This document shows positions 11,294 to 22,594 of a stretch of 64,000 nt of DNA, piece after piece. Positions within the stretch are counted from its first letter, which is position 1; each line of letters opens with the position of its first letter. The stretch is from contig CAWGVS010000011.1 of assembly GCA_963826115.1 (NCBI GenBank), positions 160,001 through 224,000 of the forward strand. The letters run 5' to 3'. The position numbers were made by a program, and so were the translations under genes. The stretch is from an uncultured Candidatus Rokubacteria bacterium. GTDB taxonomy: Bacteria > Methylomirabilota > Methylomirabilia > Rokubacteriales > DASRDR01. Below the pieces are notes generated by a model. The model was not told the origin of the DNA, did not search any database, and saw only the letters and a list, made by a program, of their open reading frames with translations.

Positions 11294-12082
11294 ATGGCTC
11301 CGAGGTTCGGCGCGCGCGAGGCGGCGAGGCTCGAGACCGTGTATGCGTCGCCCGCGATCGCGGCCCAGCGCGCGCGAACGCGCGCCGCTCTCGGGGCCCG
11401 TCCGGGCGAGCGCGGTCTCGACGTGGGGTGCGGGCCGGCTTTTCTCGCCTGCGAGCTGGGCCGCGAGGTCGGGCCGGCCGGGCGCATCGTCGGCGTCGAC
11501 GAGAGCCCCGACATGCTGGAGGCGGCGCGCGCCCGGATCGCGCGGGAGGGTCTGGCCGACCGCATGGAGGTCCACGAGGGCGACGCCGCCCGGCTCGCGT
11601 TCCCGGCCGGCGCCTTCGACTTCGTCACCGCGGTCCAGGTCTACCTCTACGTCCCCGACGTGGAGCGCGCGCTGGCGGAAGCCGCGCGCGTCCTCCGCCC
11701 CGGCGGCCGCCTGGCGGTCGTCGATACCGACTGGGACTCCTGCGTGTGGCTCACGGACGACCGCGACCGGCATCGCCGGGTGATGGAGGCGCAGGGTGGG
11801 CACTTCGTCCAGCAACACCTCCCGACGCGGTTGCCGGGGCTTCTCGGTCGGGCGGGTCTCGGCCTCGCGCACGCCGAGGCGATCCCCGTGCTCGAGCTGA
11901 GCGGGAGCCCCGGGACGTTCAGCGGCGGCCTCATCGGGCCGACCGCCGACCTCGCTGTTCGCCACGGCGTGCCGCGCGAGGAGGCGGAGGCCTGGCGGAC
12001 GGATCTCCTCGCGCGCGCCGCTGGCGGCGAGTACTTCTTCAGCGTGACGCGGTACCTCTTCGTCGCGACCCGCCCGCGGTGA
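11294..12082 (+). CDS. Class I SAM-dependent methyltransferase
   Basis: LDVGCGP motif I, RVLRPGGRLAVVDTDWD; RBS GGAGG. Confidence 0.85.
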   Translation: MAPRFGAREAARLETVYASPAIAAQRARTRAALGARPGERGLDVGCGPAFLACELGREVGPAGRIVGVDESPDMLEAARARIAREGLADRMEVHEGDAARLAFPAGAFDFVTAVQVYLYVPDVERALAEAARVLRPGGRLAVVDTDWDSCVWLTDDRDRHRRVMEAQGGHFVQQHLPTRLPGLLGRAGLGLAHAEAIPVLELSGSPGTFSGGLIGPTADLAVRHGVPREEAEAWRTDLLARAAGGEYFFSVTRYLFVATRPR

Positions 12083-12119
12083 CGGGGCAGGCGGCGACCG
12101 ACGCGTGCGGGGCGTGTCG

Positions 12120-12147
12120 TTGACACGCCTTCCGCGGGTGCCATACT
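12120..12147 (+). promoter_or_regulatory. Sigma70-type promoter for the 12225-17428 ABC operon
   Basis: TTGACA (12120-12125), 16 nt spacer ending in TG-c, CATACT (12142-12147). Confidence 0.6.
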
Positions 12148-12224
12148 AGCGCCGCCGATCGCGGTGACGAGGCTGCGCGGCGCGGTAGCAGCCGAACAAG
12201 CCGAGACGCAGGGAGGGGCCCCCC

Positions 12225-13590
12225 ATGCACAGGTTGAGCGGGTCAGACAGCCGGTCCATGGGCATGCAATGGTGGTGGCGACGTGTCGTGCCGGGGGGCC
12301 TCGTCGCGCTCCTCGCATTCGCCGCCGCGGGACCGGCGTTTGCCGACATCCTGCTCGGCGGTGTGGCGCCGCTCTCCCAGCCGGGTGACGTGGCGGGCGG
12401 GCAGGAGATGAAGTGGGCGATGGAGCAGGCCGTCAACGACGTCAACGCCAAGGGCGGCGTGCTCGGCCAGAAGATCCGCCTCGTCTTCTACGACACGCAG
12501 AACAAGCCCGACGTGTGCGCGTCCGTCGCCAAGCGCCTCGTCCAGGAGGACAAGGTGGTCGCGGTGGTGGGCGAGTTCCATTCCGGCTGCGCGCTCGCCC
12601 AGATCCCGACCTACAACCAGGCCGGGCATGCCCGTCGTGTTCTCGGAGACCTACAACGACAAGATCACCGCGGGCGATCCGGCCGATCCGAACCTGCCGG
12701 CCAATCCGCCGACGATCTTCCGCATCGCGCCCACGTCGACCTACTACTCGGGGTTCGTCGCCGACTGGATCGTGAACGGCGTCAAGGCCAAGAAGGTCGT
12801 CCAGGTCGTCGACACGACCGACTACGGCGTCGGCGCGGCCAGCGCGCTGAAGGAGGCGCTCGACAAGGCGGGCATCAAGCTGGCCCAGGTGTCGGTCGAG
12901 CTGGCCCAGCCGGACTACGCGTCCATCATGTCGCGGCTCAAGAACGAGAATCCCGACGCCGACGTCGTCTACTACGACGTGTCCGAGACGGCGACCGCCT
13001 ACGTGGTGATGCAGAACGGCATCGACGTCGGCCTCTCGAACGCCAAGAACATCTGCGTCGGGAACCCGGCGATGCGGGACGCCCAGAGCTTCTGGCGGGC
13101 GGTGCCGAACGGCGTGGGCTGCCTGTTCCAGCTGGTCGGCCTCACGTCCACCCAGTTCAACGAGCAGGCGAAGTCGCTCGACCAGCGGGCCCGGACGGCG
13201 CTCGGGCACGAGGCGCGCAACTACGCGTTCGAGGCCTACGACTCCGTCTTCCTCGTCGTCGACGCCATCCGGCGGGCGAACAGCACGGACGCGAAGGCGA
13301 TCGTGAAGGCGCTCGAGCAGACGTCCATGGTCGGGACGCAGGGCAAGTACGCCTTCACGTACAACTCGCAGAACCCGGTGCCGAAGGACAAGCCGGGCTG
13401 GCTCTGGCACCAGTACGCCGAGCCGCCGCTCCAGCTCCTCGAGTTCACGAAGAAGGGGCAGACCTCCGAAGAGGCGCCGACCGTCTGGCCGCCCGCGCGC
13501 CAGACGCAGGCCGGCAAGGCGTTCATCCCCGTCGACCCGCTGAGCGCCGCGCGCCGTCGGCGGGCCGTGCCGTCGCGCGACTGCGGCTAG
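12225..13590 (+). CDS. Liv-type ABC substrate-binding protein (frameshift near 12627)
   Basis: Signal peptide, NAKGGVLGQKIRLVFYD, VGEFHSG, TIFRIAP, FEAYDSV. Confidence 0.85.
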
Positions 13591-13623
13591 TCGCGCGGCG
13601 GCGCGGCGCCGCGGTCGGCTCCG

Positions 13624-14833
13624 ATGAGCGTCCTCGTCGTCTGGCTCGTTCTGGCGGGACCGCTCTGGTCGATCGCGGGCGCGGCCTTGCTGCCCCGCCG
13701 GTATCGCGAGCGCCGGGCCGATCCCCGCCTCGCCGGACTGGCCGGCGGGCTCTGGGGCGCCGCGCTGGGCGCGGTGGCGGTCCCGTGGCTCCATCGCCGC
13801 GTCCCGACGCTCCGGCGCGGGCCGCACGTCCTCCTCCCGGCGCTCTTGCTGACCGCGGAGCTCGCGTGGCTCTTCGCGCGCGGGTTCCCGGCGAACCCGT
13901 GCGTCACGAGATTCGCTCTACGTCCTGGACCAGATCCAGACCGGCCTGACCGTCGGTCTCGTCTACGCCACCATGGCGGTCGGCCTGACGCTGATCTACT
14001 CGGTGCAGCGGATCGTCAGCTTCACCCACGGCCAGTTCGTCATGTTCGGCGGAGTCACGGCGTTCGTCCTCCTGCGCGATTCGCCGTGGAGTCCCTACGC
14101 GGTCCTCCCGGTGGTCGGCCTGGCGTCGCTCGTCCTCGGGGTCGGGGTGGCGGCCGTGCTGCTCCGGCCGGTCCAGGCCGGCACGGTGGAGCGGCCGGAC
14201 GAGTACGCGATCCTGATGACCTTCGGCTTCGGGCTGTTCCTGACGTACGCGCTCGTCGGCACGCTCGGCGCGCCGGTGGCCGTGCGCACGCCGCGCTACA
14301 CGGATCGGCCGCTCCTCGGCCTCGACACCGCGGTCGTCCAGCTCGGGGGGCCTGCGGTTCCGGATGGATCTGGTGATCGCGGGCGCGCATCGGGCTCCTG
14401 ATCTTCTGTGCCCTCGGCTGGGTCCTCTACCGCACCTGGCTCGGGCTGGAGCTTCCGCGCGGTCTCGATGGATCGCGCCGCGTCGGCCGTCTCGGGAATC
14501 GACGCAGGGCGGGTCTTCGTGCTCGCGTTCGGCATCGGCACGATGCTCGCCGGCGTCTCCGGCGCCGCGCTGGTGCCCGCGTTCAACTTCCAGGTGCCGG
14601 AGATGGCGGCGCAGACCGCGATCCGCTCGTACGTCATCGTCGTCCTCGGCGGGCTGGGCTCGGTGAAGGGGGCGCTCCTCGGCGGCCTCTTCCTCGGCAT
14701 CGTGGAGGCGCTCACCGCCGGCTGCTACCCGGATCCGAGCAAGGGCGCGACCTACCAGGTCGCCTCGGGCCTCGTCGTGTTCCTGGTCGTGCTGCTGGTG
14801 CGGCCGCAGGGATTCTTCGGGAGGACCGAGTGA
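13624..14833 (+). CDS. LivH-type permease with extra N-terminal membrane region (frameshifted)
   Basis: MAVGLTLIYSVQRIVSFTHG, VIVVLGGLGSVKGA, RPQGFFG. Confidence 0.8.
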
Positions 14834-16709
14834 CCGCGGCGGCGGCCGCGCGCGAGCGCCCGCGGCGGGCCTCTGGTCGGTCGCGCTCGTCGCGGCCCTC
14901 TTGCTGGTGTTTGCCCTGGCGCCGGTCTTCTGGCTGGGCTCGGGCTACCAGCTGGACGTCGCCCGGCGGGCGCTCTACGCGGCGTGCCTCACGGGCATCT
15001 GGTCCCTGCTGGCGGGCGTCGCGGGGCAGTTCTCGTTCGGGCACGTGGCCATCGCGGGGATCGCCGCCTACGCCGGCGCCGTCTGGGGACGCCAGGTCTC
15101 CGCGCAGGTCCCGGTGCTCGGGCACGATCTGGGTGGCGATCCTCGTCGGCGTGGTCGCGGCCTGGATCCTCGGCACCGTCCTCGGCTTCGTCGTGCTCCG
15201 TCTGCGCGGCTCCTACCTGGCGCTCTTCACGCTCGCCTTCGGCGAGATCGCGCGCCTGGTGATCATCGCCGAGAAGGATGTCACCGGCGGGCGGCTCTCG
15301 CTGGCGATCGCGCAGCTCCCCGGCACCAGCCGGGACCACTACTACGTCATGCTCGTGACGGGCGTGCTCGTGTTCGCCGTCGTCTACGCGGTCATCGGCT
15401 CGCGGGTCGGCCTGTTCCTGCGCGCGCTCCGGGAGGACCCGACGCGGCCTCCGCGATGGGCGTGGACGTCGTCTCGCTGAAGATCCTGGTGTTCAGCCTC
15501 ACCTCGCTCCTGGTCGGGCTCACGGCGTCGATCTACTTCCACACCGTCCCGCGCCTCACGCCGGAGATCCTGGACCTCCTGGAGATGGGCTTCCTCGTGG
15601 TCTACGCGGTCGTGGGCGGCCTCGAGAGCCCGGTGGCCGGCGCCGTCGCTGCGATCATCCTCGTCGTCATGCTGGAGGCTCTTCGCGTCATCACGGTCGG
15701 CCCCTATCGCTTCGAGCCCGGGGTCTGGCGCTTCGCCGTGTTCGGCGCGCTCCTGGTCGTGACGCTGCGCCTCGCGCCCGACGGGTTCATCGCGCCACTG
15801 GTCGCCCGGCTCGGCCGCGTGGGCCGCCGCCCCGCGCCGACGCCTGCGGCCGCGCCGGAGGGACTCCGGCGCGCGGGCGCGATCGCCTCGCCAGCCAGCG
15901 CGCGAGGCGCCGCCCGCGTCCCAGGACCGGAGCGCCGAGCGATCGACCTCCGGGTCGAGCGCGTGACCATGCACTTCGGCGGGTTCGTCGCGCTGGACGG
16001 CGTCGACCTTCTGGTGGATCGCCCGCAGATCTGCGGGGTGATCGGTCCGAACGGCGCGGGCAAGACCACGCTCGTCAACGTCATGAGCGGCTACTACGAG
16101 CCGACCGGTGGCGCGGTCATCCTCGGGGGCGAGCGAGTGGACGGTCTGCGCCCGCACGAGCTGGTGCGGCGCGGGCTCGGGCGGACGTTCCAGGTCACTC
16201 GGGGCTGGCGTCGGCTGACGGTCCTGGAGAATCTCCTGGTGCCGGAGCTGGCCATCCACGCCACCGAGGGCCGCGACGCCGCGCTGCGCCGGGCCCGCCG
16301 GACCCTCGACCTGGTCAACCTTGGCCATCTGGCCGACGAGCAGGCGCGGGCGCTCTCCGGCGGGCAGCAGAAGCTCCTGGAGCTCGCCCGGCTCCTGATG
16401 CTCGATCCGGACGTCCTCTTGCTCGACGAGCCCTTCGCCGGCGTGCACCCCGTGCTGAAGCAGTCGATCGCCGACCTGGTGCGGCGGCTGCGAGCGGAAG
16501 GCCGGGCGGTCGTCCTCATCGAGCACGACCTTGGCACCGTGTTCAGCCTGTGCGAGCGGCTCGTCGTGCTCGACGCCGGGCGCGTGGTCGCCGATGGCGA
16601 GCCGATCGCGTCAAGCGCGATCCGCGGGTCATCGCCGCCTACCTCGCGCGGGGAGCTCGGGGCACCGCCGACGGCGCGCGGCGAGGGGCGGGACCCTGGC
16701 GATGCTTGA
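14830..16709 (+). CDS. Fused LivM permease / LivG ATPase (frameshifted)
   Basis: GQFSFGH, LRGSYLALFTLAFGE, then GPNGAGKTT, LSGGQQK, LLLDEP in ORF 14901..16709. Confidence 0.8.
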
Positions 16710-17428
16710 GGTGCGCGACCTGTACGCGGGCTACTACCGGGACCTCCACATCCTCCGCGGCGTGAGCGTCGTCGCGCGGCCGGGCCGCGTGACCGCCATC
16801 CTCGGCGCGAACGGGGTCGGGAAGTCGACGCTCCTGAAGGCGATCTTCGGCTTCCTGAGGCCGACCAGCGGGCAGGTGCTCCTGGACGGCGTCGAGATCA
16901 CCGGAACGCCGCCCCACCGGATGGTCGAGCGGGGCGTGGCGTACGGGCCGCAGCAGCCGGGGATCTTCGCCGAGATGACCGTCGAGGAGAACATCATGAT
17001 CGGCGCCTGGACGTTCCGAGGCGACCGCGGACGGATCCGCCGGAAGCTCGACGAGAACTACGCACGCTTCCCCGTGCTCCAGGGCCGCCGGCGCAGCGCT
17101 GGCCGGCGAGCTGTCCGGGGGACAGCGGCGGATGGTCGAGCTGGCCCGGGTGCTGATGAGCGATCCGCGCTACCTCCTCATCGACGAGCCGACGGCGGGA
17201 GTGGCGCCCATCGTCGCCGAGGGCGTCTATGCGACGTTGACGGCGCTGCGCGCCGAGGGCGTGGGTATCGTCCTCGTCGACCAGGACATTCGCCGCGCCC
17301 TCCGGCTGGCCGACTACGTCTACGTGATCGACCTGGGCCAGAACCGGCTGGAGGGCGCGCCGTCGGAGATGGGCAGCGTGGAGACCGTTTTCTGGCAAGG
17401 CGCGGGGTGGACCGCGGACTCGCCGTAG
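16702..17428 (+). CDS. LivF-type ABC ATPase (frameshift near 17095)
   Basis: MLEVRDLYAGY, GANGVGKST, LSGGQRRMVE, LIDEPT. Confidence 0.85.
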
Positions 17429-17542
17429 GTGTGCGGCCCGGTCACTCGCAGATCTGAGCGGAGGCCTTGGACCGGTCCTGATGGCGGCGGCTCCCGATGA
17501 AAAACGTGTCTTCCCCGCCCGACGAGCTGACGGCCCGCCGGC

Positions 17543-18793
17543 TCAGGAAGCGGGGGCGAGCGCGATGGCGCCGGCCCCGGCCAGCCCGGCGACCTCGGCC
17601 GGAGAGAGCCCGAGGAGCTCGGTCAGCACCTCGGCGGTGTGCTCGCCGAGAAGCGGGGCGGGGCGGCGGATCGACGGAGGCGTCGCGGACGCGCGGAACG
17701 GGAAGCCCAGCATCCGGGCGCGCCCTCCGTGAGCCTCGTAGGTCGGCTGCTCCACCTCGGCCAGGAGCCCCAGGTGCTTGATCTGCGGATCGTCGAAGAC
17801 CTCGTCCAGCTCGTAGATCGGTCCGCCCGCGATCGAGGCCGCCTCGAAGCGCGTGACCCACTCGGCGGTCGTCCCGGTCGCGAGGGCCGTCTCGACGCGG
17901 GCCTTCATCTCCTCGTGGTTCTCGAGGCGCCCGAGGTTCGTCGCGAAGCGCGGCTCGGTCCGCAGGACCTCGTCGCCGAGGACCCGGCAGAAGCGGTCCC
18001 ACTGCTCGGGATTCATGAGGACGATGTTGAGCCAGCCGTCCTTCGTCCGGAAGGCCTCGGCGGGCGTCAGCGTCGGGTTGCGGTTCCCCACGCGCGCCGG
18101 CCGCTTGCCGGAGTCGAAGAGATGGGCGACCGGATCGGGGAGGAGGCCGAGCGTCGCGGCGAGCAGGTTCACGTCGACGTGCTGCCCCCGGCCGGCCCGG
18201 AGCCGGTGGACCAGGGCCGCCGTGGTGGCGCCGAAGGCCAGATAGGCGGCCGCCACGTCGGCGATCGATCCGCCGGCCCGCGTCGGCGGATCGCCCGGCA
18301 TGCCGGTGATGCCCATCAGGCCGCCCATGCCCTGGGCGATGGTGTTGTAGCCGGGGCGCTGGGCGTAGGGGCCGGTCTGCCCGAACCCGCTCACGGAGAC
18401 GTAGACGATCCCGGGGTTCATGGCGCTCACGGCCTCGTAGCCCACTCCGAGCCGGTCGGCGACGCCCGGCACGAAGTTCTCGACCAGCACGTCGGAGCGG
18501 GCGGCCAGCTCACGGAGGATCCGCGCCCCCTCCGGCTTCTGGAGGTCGAGGGCGATCCCGCGCTTGTTGCGGTTGACCGCCGCGAACACGGCGCTCATGC
18601 CGCCGCGCCCGGTGCGCGCCCGCCACTCGCGAAGGTCGTCCCCCCGCTCCGGCCGCTCGACCTTGATCACGTCCGCTCCGAGGTCGGCGAGCAGCATCGC
18701 GCAGTACGGGCCCGCAAGGACCCGCGAGAGATCGAGGACCCGGATTCCCCCCAGCATCGGGGGAGTCTCCGGGTTGCCGGACGGCGGCATCAC
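17543..18793 (-). CDS. CaiB/BaiF family (class III) CoA transferase
   Basis: RVLDLSRVLAGPYC, GADVIKVE, NRNKR, ENFVPG, APLLGEHT. Confidence 0.92.
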   Translation of the reverse strand: MMPPSGNPETPPMLGGIRVLDLSRVLAGPYCAMLLADLGADVIKVERPERGDDLREWRARTGRGGMSAVFAAVNRNKRGIALDLQKPEGARILRELAARSDVLVENFVPGVADRLGVGYEAVSAMNPGIVYVSVSGFGQTGPYAQRPGYNTIAQGMGGLMGITGMPGDPPTRAGGSIADVAAAYLAFGATTAALVHRLRAGRGQHVDVNLLAATLGLLPDPVAHLFDSGKRPARVGNRNPTLTPAEAFRTKDGWLNIVLMNPEQWDRFCRVLGDEVLRTEPRFATNLGRLENHEEMKARVETALATGTTAEWVTRFEAASIAGGPIYELDEVFDDPQIKHLGLLAEVEQPTYEAHGGRARMLGFPFRASATPPSIRRPAPLLGEHTAEVLTELLGLSPAEVAGLAGAGAIALAPAS

Positions 18794-18797
18794 GCGC

Positions 18798-19531
18798 TCA
18801 CTCCCGGGGAAGGAAGCCCTCGGTCATCGCGTTGACCTCGGGGATGCCCGTGCGGGCGATGGCGTTGATCCGGGCCTTCACCTGCGCCAGCGGCCCGAAC
18901 GGCTTGGCCGCGAGGCTCCCGGCGTACTCGCGCACGGCGGCAGCGAGCTGCTCGCCAGGAACGACGCGATGGACGAGGCCCATCGCGTGCGCCTCGGCCG
19001 CCGTGTACCGCCGGCACTCCATGATGATCTCCTTGGCGCGCGCCGGGCCCACCAGGCGGACGAACCGCGTGGTCGACGCCACCCCGAGAGGCACGCCCAG
19101 GTCGACCTCGGGGATCGCGAGCATCGCCTCCGCCGCCGCCCAGCGGAAGTCGCAGGCGAGCGTCAGGCCGAACCCGCCTCCGATCGCGTGACCGTTGACC
19201 ATCGCGATCGTCGCCTGCTCGAGGTTCTCGAGGAGCGTGGTGACCCGCTCGAAGAGCCGCCGGAACTGGTTCGGCGTCGAGAGGAAGACCTGCCGCCGCT
19301 CCTGGGGGACATCCCGCGCCGGGCCGGGAAGTGCGCGCCGGCCGAGAAGACCGGCGGCGCCCCGGTGACGATCACCACGCGCGCCCGCGCGTCGTCGCGG
19401 AGGGCGCCGAGGGCCTCGATCAGCTCGCCGAGCATGGCGTCGCTCAGCGAGTTCCGGTGCTCCGGACGGTCGAGGGTGACGGTCGCGATCGCGCCGTCGT
19501 GGCGCACCGTGACGTTGGCGCCGGTCGTCAC
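18798..19531 (-). CDS. Enoyl-CoA hydratase/isomerase family protein (frameshifted)
   Basis: TLDRPEHRNSL, FSAG, VNGHAIGGGFGLTLACDFR, PEVDLG. Confidence 0.85.
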
Positions 19532-19532
19532 C

Positions 19533-19821
19533 CTACGCTCCGTCGACGAAGACGAGGTTCGCGTTCGAGGCCGCGAGGCGCATCGCCTTGGGCTCGCGGT
19601 ACTCCTCCGAGTCGTACCACTCGCGGGCCTTCGCCAGGCTCGGGAACTCGAGTATCACGAGACGCTGCGGGCGCCAGCTGCCCTCGACGACCTGGTGCTC
19701 GCCGCCCCGCACCAGGAAGCGGCCCCCCGTACGCAGCGAGAGTCGCCGGCACCCGCTGCCGGTACTCCGCGTAGCGCGCGGGATCCGTGACCTCGAGATC
19801 CACGATGACGTAGGCGGCCAT
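19533..19821 (-). CDS. DUF1330 family protein (frameshift in G run near 19725)
   Basis: MAAYVIVDLEVTDPARYAEY + GGRFLVRGG...LEFPSLAKAREWYDSEEY. Confidence 0.85.
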
Positions 19822-20086
19822 GGGCGTCCTCCCGGCCCGAGCCGGATTGTTCGTCGCCTCGCGGCGGAGCGCAGCTCCGCCGACCCGGTCGGCCGCCGGC
19901 ATGGTAGCCCGGGCGAGAGCCTCGACGCCAGGGACCCCATGCGGCGCACACCGCTCGCATCCGGGTTGCGCGATCAGGAGCCACCCCGGGGCCCCGGAAG
20001 TGGCTCCAGCGCGACGATGCACCTGGCGATCGGGAGCGAGCTACACTGAGCGGCACGTGAATTGCTCGCGGGCCAGGGAGGCCGGG

Positions 20087-21091
20087 ATGCACCGACATCG
20101 CCGTCGCCAGCTCCTGCAGGTCGGCTTGGCCCTCGTGGGTATCGGCCTCCTGGCTGGCTGGGAGGCACCTGATCTGGGGGCGGAGAAAGTGCCCCGGATC
20201 GGTTTTCTCGCCGTGGGCTCGCACGAGGGCCGGGCCTTCCTGATCGAGGGCTTCCTGAAGGGACTGCGTGAGCGCGGTTACGTCGTGGGCCAGAACATCG
20301 TCATCGAGTATCGCTTCTCGGAGGGCCAGAACGATCGTTTGCCCGGGCTCGCGGCCGAGCTCGTCAACCTGAAGGTGGACCTCATCCTGGCCTCCGGAAG
20401 TCCGGCGAGCTTTGCGGCCAAACAGGCCACCAGCACGATCCCGATCGTCATGGGCAGCCTCGCCGCCGATCCGGTCGAGACCGGCCTCGTCGTGAGCCTG
20501 GCACGACCAGGCGGCAACATCACGGGAATGACCGAGATGGCCGCGCAGCTCGGCGGGAAGCGCCTCGAGCTGCTCAAGCAGACCGTGCCGAGCCTTTCAC
20601 GAGTCGCCGTCCTCTGGAATCCAGCTAATCCCGCCTACGGTCCGATCTTGAGGGAGCTCGAGGCGGCGGCCCCCCGACTTGGGCTGGAGCTTCAGCGCCT
20701 CGAGGTGCGGGCGCCCGAGGACTTCGACGGTGCCCTTCAGGCCGCGATCCGGCAGCGCGCCGGCGCGTTGTTCGTGCCGGGCGATCCCCTGGTCACCAAC
20801 CGGCCCAGAGTGGTCGCGGACCTTGCCCTGAAGTACCGACTGCCGACGATGACCGACTTCAAGGAGCTGCCCGGAGTCGGAGGCCTCATGTCCTTCGGGC
20901 CGGATCTCGTCGATTCGTACCGGCGCGCGGCAACCCACGTGGACAAGATTCTGAAGGGGGCGAAGCCGGCCGACCTCCCGATGGAACAGCCCACGAAGTT
21001 CGATCTGGTCGTCAATTTGAAGACCGCCAGGGCTCTCGGCCTGGCCATTCCGCCGTCGGTCCTGGCGCAGACCACGCAAGTGATCCAGTAG
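20087..21091 (+). CDS. Stand-alone ABC transporter substrate-binding protein (ABC_sub_bind type)
   Basis: RRRQLL signal, TIPIVM, SLARPGGNITG, ADLPMEQPTKFDLVVNLKTA. Confidence 0.9.
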   Translation: MHRHRRRQLLQVGLALVGIGLLAGWEAPDLGAEKVPRIGFLAVGSHEGRAFLIEGFLKGLRERGYVVGQNIVIEYRFSEGQNDRLPGLAAELVNLKVDLILASGSPASFAAKQATSTIPIVMGSLAADPVETGLVVSLARPGGNITGMTEMAAQLGGKRLELLKQTVPSLSRVAVLWNPANPAYGPILRELEAAAPRLGLELQRLEVRAPEDFDGALQAAIRQRAGALFVPGDPLVTNRPRVVADLALKYRLPTMTDFKELPGVGGLMSFGPDLVDSYRRAATHVDKILKGAKPADLPMEQPTKFDLVVNLKTARALGLAIPPSVLAQTTQVIQ

Positions 21092-21105
21092 GAAAGATCC
21101 GCGCT

Positions 21106-21738
21106 CTACGGAGACTGTCCCGCGGCGCCCCGGAGCCGCGCCAGCACCAGCCATTCGCGGCCCTGGCGGCCTTCGGGGGACGCGAAGGGAACGTAGTCCT
21201 CGACGATCTCGAACCGCGACGCGGCGAGGAGCGCTCGGACCTCCGCCTCGCTCACGGCGAACGGCGGGCCGCCGGGCTTGTCTCCCATGGGGAAGAAGCA
21301 GGCGAGGAGCCATCCGCCAGGCTTGAGGATGGCGGCGAGCACGTCGACATACTCCGCCCGGCGCGCGGGATCGATGGCGCAGTAACAGGTGTATTCCCAG
21401 ATGCCGTCGAAGAAGCCAGGATAGGCCCGGGCGAGCCCGAACACGTCACGGTCCTCGTAGGTGACGTCTAGCCGCTCGCGCAGGGCGAGCTCACGCGCGG
21501 CGACCAGGACTTCCGGCACGAAGTCGAAGCCGAGGACGTGGTGGCCGCGGCGAGCCAGGAGCCGCGCGTCGTGGCCCCGGCCGCAGCCGGGGACGGCCAC
21601 GGCTCCCGGGGGCAGGGGACGGCGGGCGAGGTCGGCGGCGAGGGAGGGGCTGGGGCGCCCCAGCTCCCAGCGGTCGCTCCCTTGGCCGTAGAGGCCCTGC
21701 CAGAAGCCGGCGTCACTGACCGTCGGCTCGCTCGTCAC
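21106..21738 (-). CDS. Thiopurine S-methyltransferase (TPMT)-family / thiol-halide methyltransferase
   Basis: FWQGLY..WELG, VPGCGRGHD, EYTCYCAIDP, GPPFAV. Confidence 0.85.
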   Translation of the reverse strand: MTSEPTVSDAGFWQGLYGQGSDRWELGRPSPSLAADLARRPLPPGAVAVPGCGRGHDARLLARRGHHVLGFDFVPEVLVAARELALRERLDVTYEDRDVFGLARAYPGFFDGIWEYTCYCAIDPARRAEYVDVLAAILKPGGWLLACFFPMGDKPGGPPFAVSEAEVRALLAASRFEIVEDYVPFASPEGRQGREWLVLARLRGAAGQSP

Positions 21739-21828
21739 AGGCGCCGGCCCGCCGGCGGCGCGACCGATTCGTTGACATCCGCGGCCGCGTCGGCGGACGA
21801 TAGCAGGGACGAGGAGGCCCTGATTCTC

Positions 21829-22071
21829 ATGGTCGTCGTCGTCTGCTTCGTCGCCTCGCTCTTGTCCTTCCTCTTGCCGGGCGCGGTGATCGGCCTTCTC
21901 GGCAAGGTCCTGAACGACGCGCTCGGTGATCCCCTGTGGGCTCTCGTGCCGCCCGCGCGCGGCTCGCTGGTCGTGAGCGAGACGGAGGGGCCCATGCTGA
22001 CCCTCCAGGGCGTCCTGGCGCTCTACGTCCCGCTGGTGCTGATCCTGCTCTTGAGCCAGCGGGGCCGCTAG
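21829..22071 (+). CDS. Small hypothetical membrane protein
   Basis: GAGGAGG upstream, two hydrophobic segments; no family recognised. Confidence 0.45.
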   Translation: MVVVVCFVASLLSFLLPGAVIGLLGKVLNDALGDPLWALVPPARGSLVVSETEGPMLTLQGVLALYVPLVLILLLSQRGR

Positions 22072-22081
22072 CGCCTCGGGG

Positions 22082-22594
22082 TCAGGCGGGCGGGCGCGCC
22101 GGGGCGAGCCGGCTGCCGAGCACGAGCAGCACCACGCCGGCGACGAAGAATCCCACCGTCAGGTAGACGACCTGGGGCACGACGCGGTCGAGGTAGAGAT
22201 CGATCGCCGGGCGGACCTCCTGGAAGCGCGGGAGCGTGTCCGCGAAGTGGCTCAGGAGCCACTCGCGCCCGAAGAGCGTGAACAGGATGCCGAGGAAGCC
22301 CGGCAGGAAGGTCAGCATCCCCAGCGCCTTCAGCGAGCCGCTCAGCGAGCGGGTCACCCAGAGCCGCACGATCAGCGCGGCGGCCATCAGGCCGATCGCG
22401 AGCCAGAGGAGCACGGGCGACGTCCCGACCGGCACCTGCTTGAGCTCGGCGGGCTGGATGCGCAGGAGCACGAACGGGATCAGGAGGGTGAGCCCCGTCG
22501 TGTAGGCCGTGCTGACGAACAGCCGCCAGGCGACCGCCCCGGCGACGCGCTCGACCAAGGGCGTCGAGCCGCCGCGGCTCCCGTCGCCGCTCAT
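22082..22594 (-). CDS. Hypothetical integral membrane protein (about 4 TM)
   Basis: C-terminal 170 aa of ORF 22082..23110; ATG overlaps the stop of the VOC gene. Confidence 0.7.
   Translation of the reverse strand: MSGDGSRGGSTPLVERVAGAVAWRLFVSTAYTTGLTLLIPFVLLRIQPAELKQVPVGTSPVLLWLAIGLMAAALIVRLWVTRSLSGSLKALGMLTFLPGFLGILFTLFGREWLLSHFADTLPRFQEVRPAIDLYLDRVVPQVVYLTVGFFVAGVVLLVLGSRLAPARPPA

Noticed and set aside
11294-12082. ArsM for the arsS cluster (also 58425..59153)
   Set aside because: I could not see the conserved ArsM cysteine pattern, and both genes are far from arsS
14830-16709. LivM-LivG fusion as a novelty
   Set aside because: Well-known architecture
1432-19821. Numerous frameshifts as programmed frameshifting or mass pseudogenisation
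   Set aside because: They are single-base indels without a shared slippery motif or accumulated in-frame stops, in otherwise conserved genes; sequencing error is more likely
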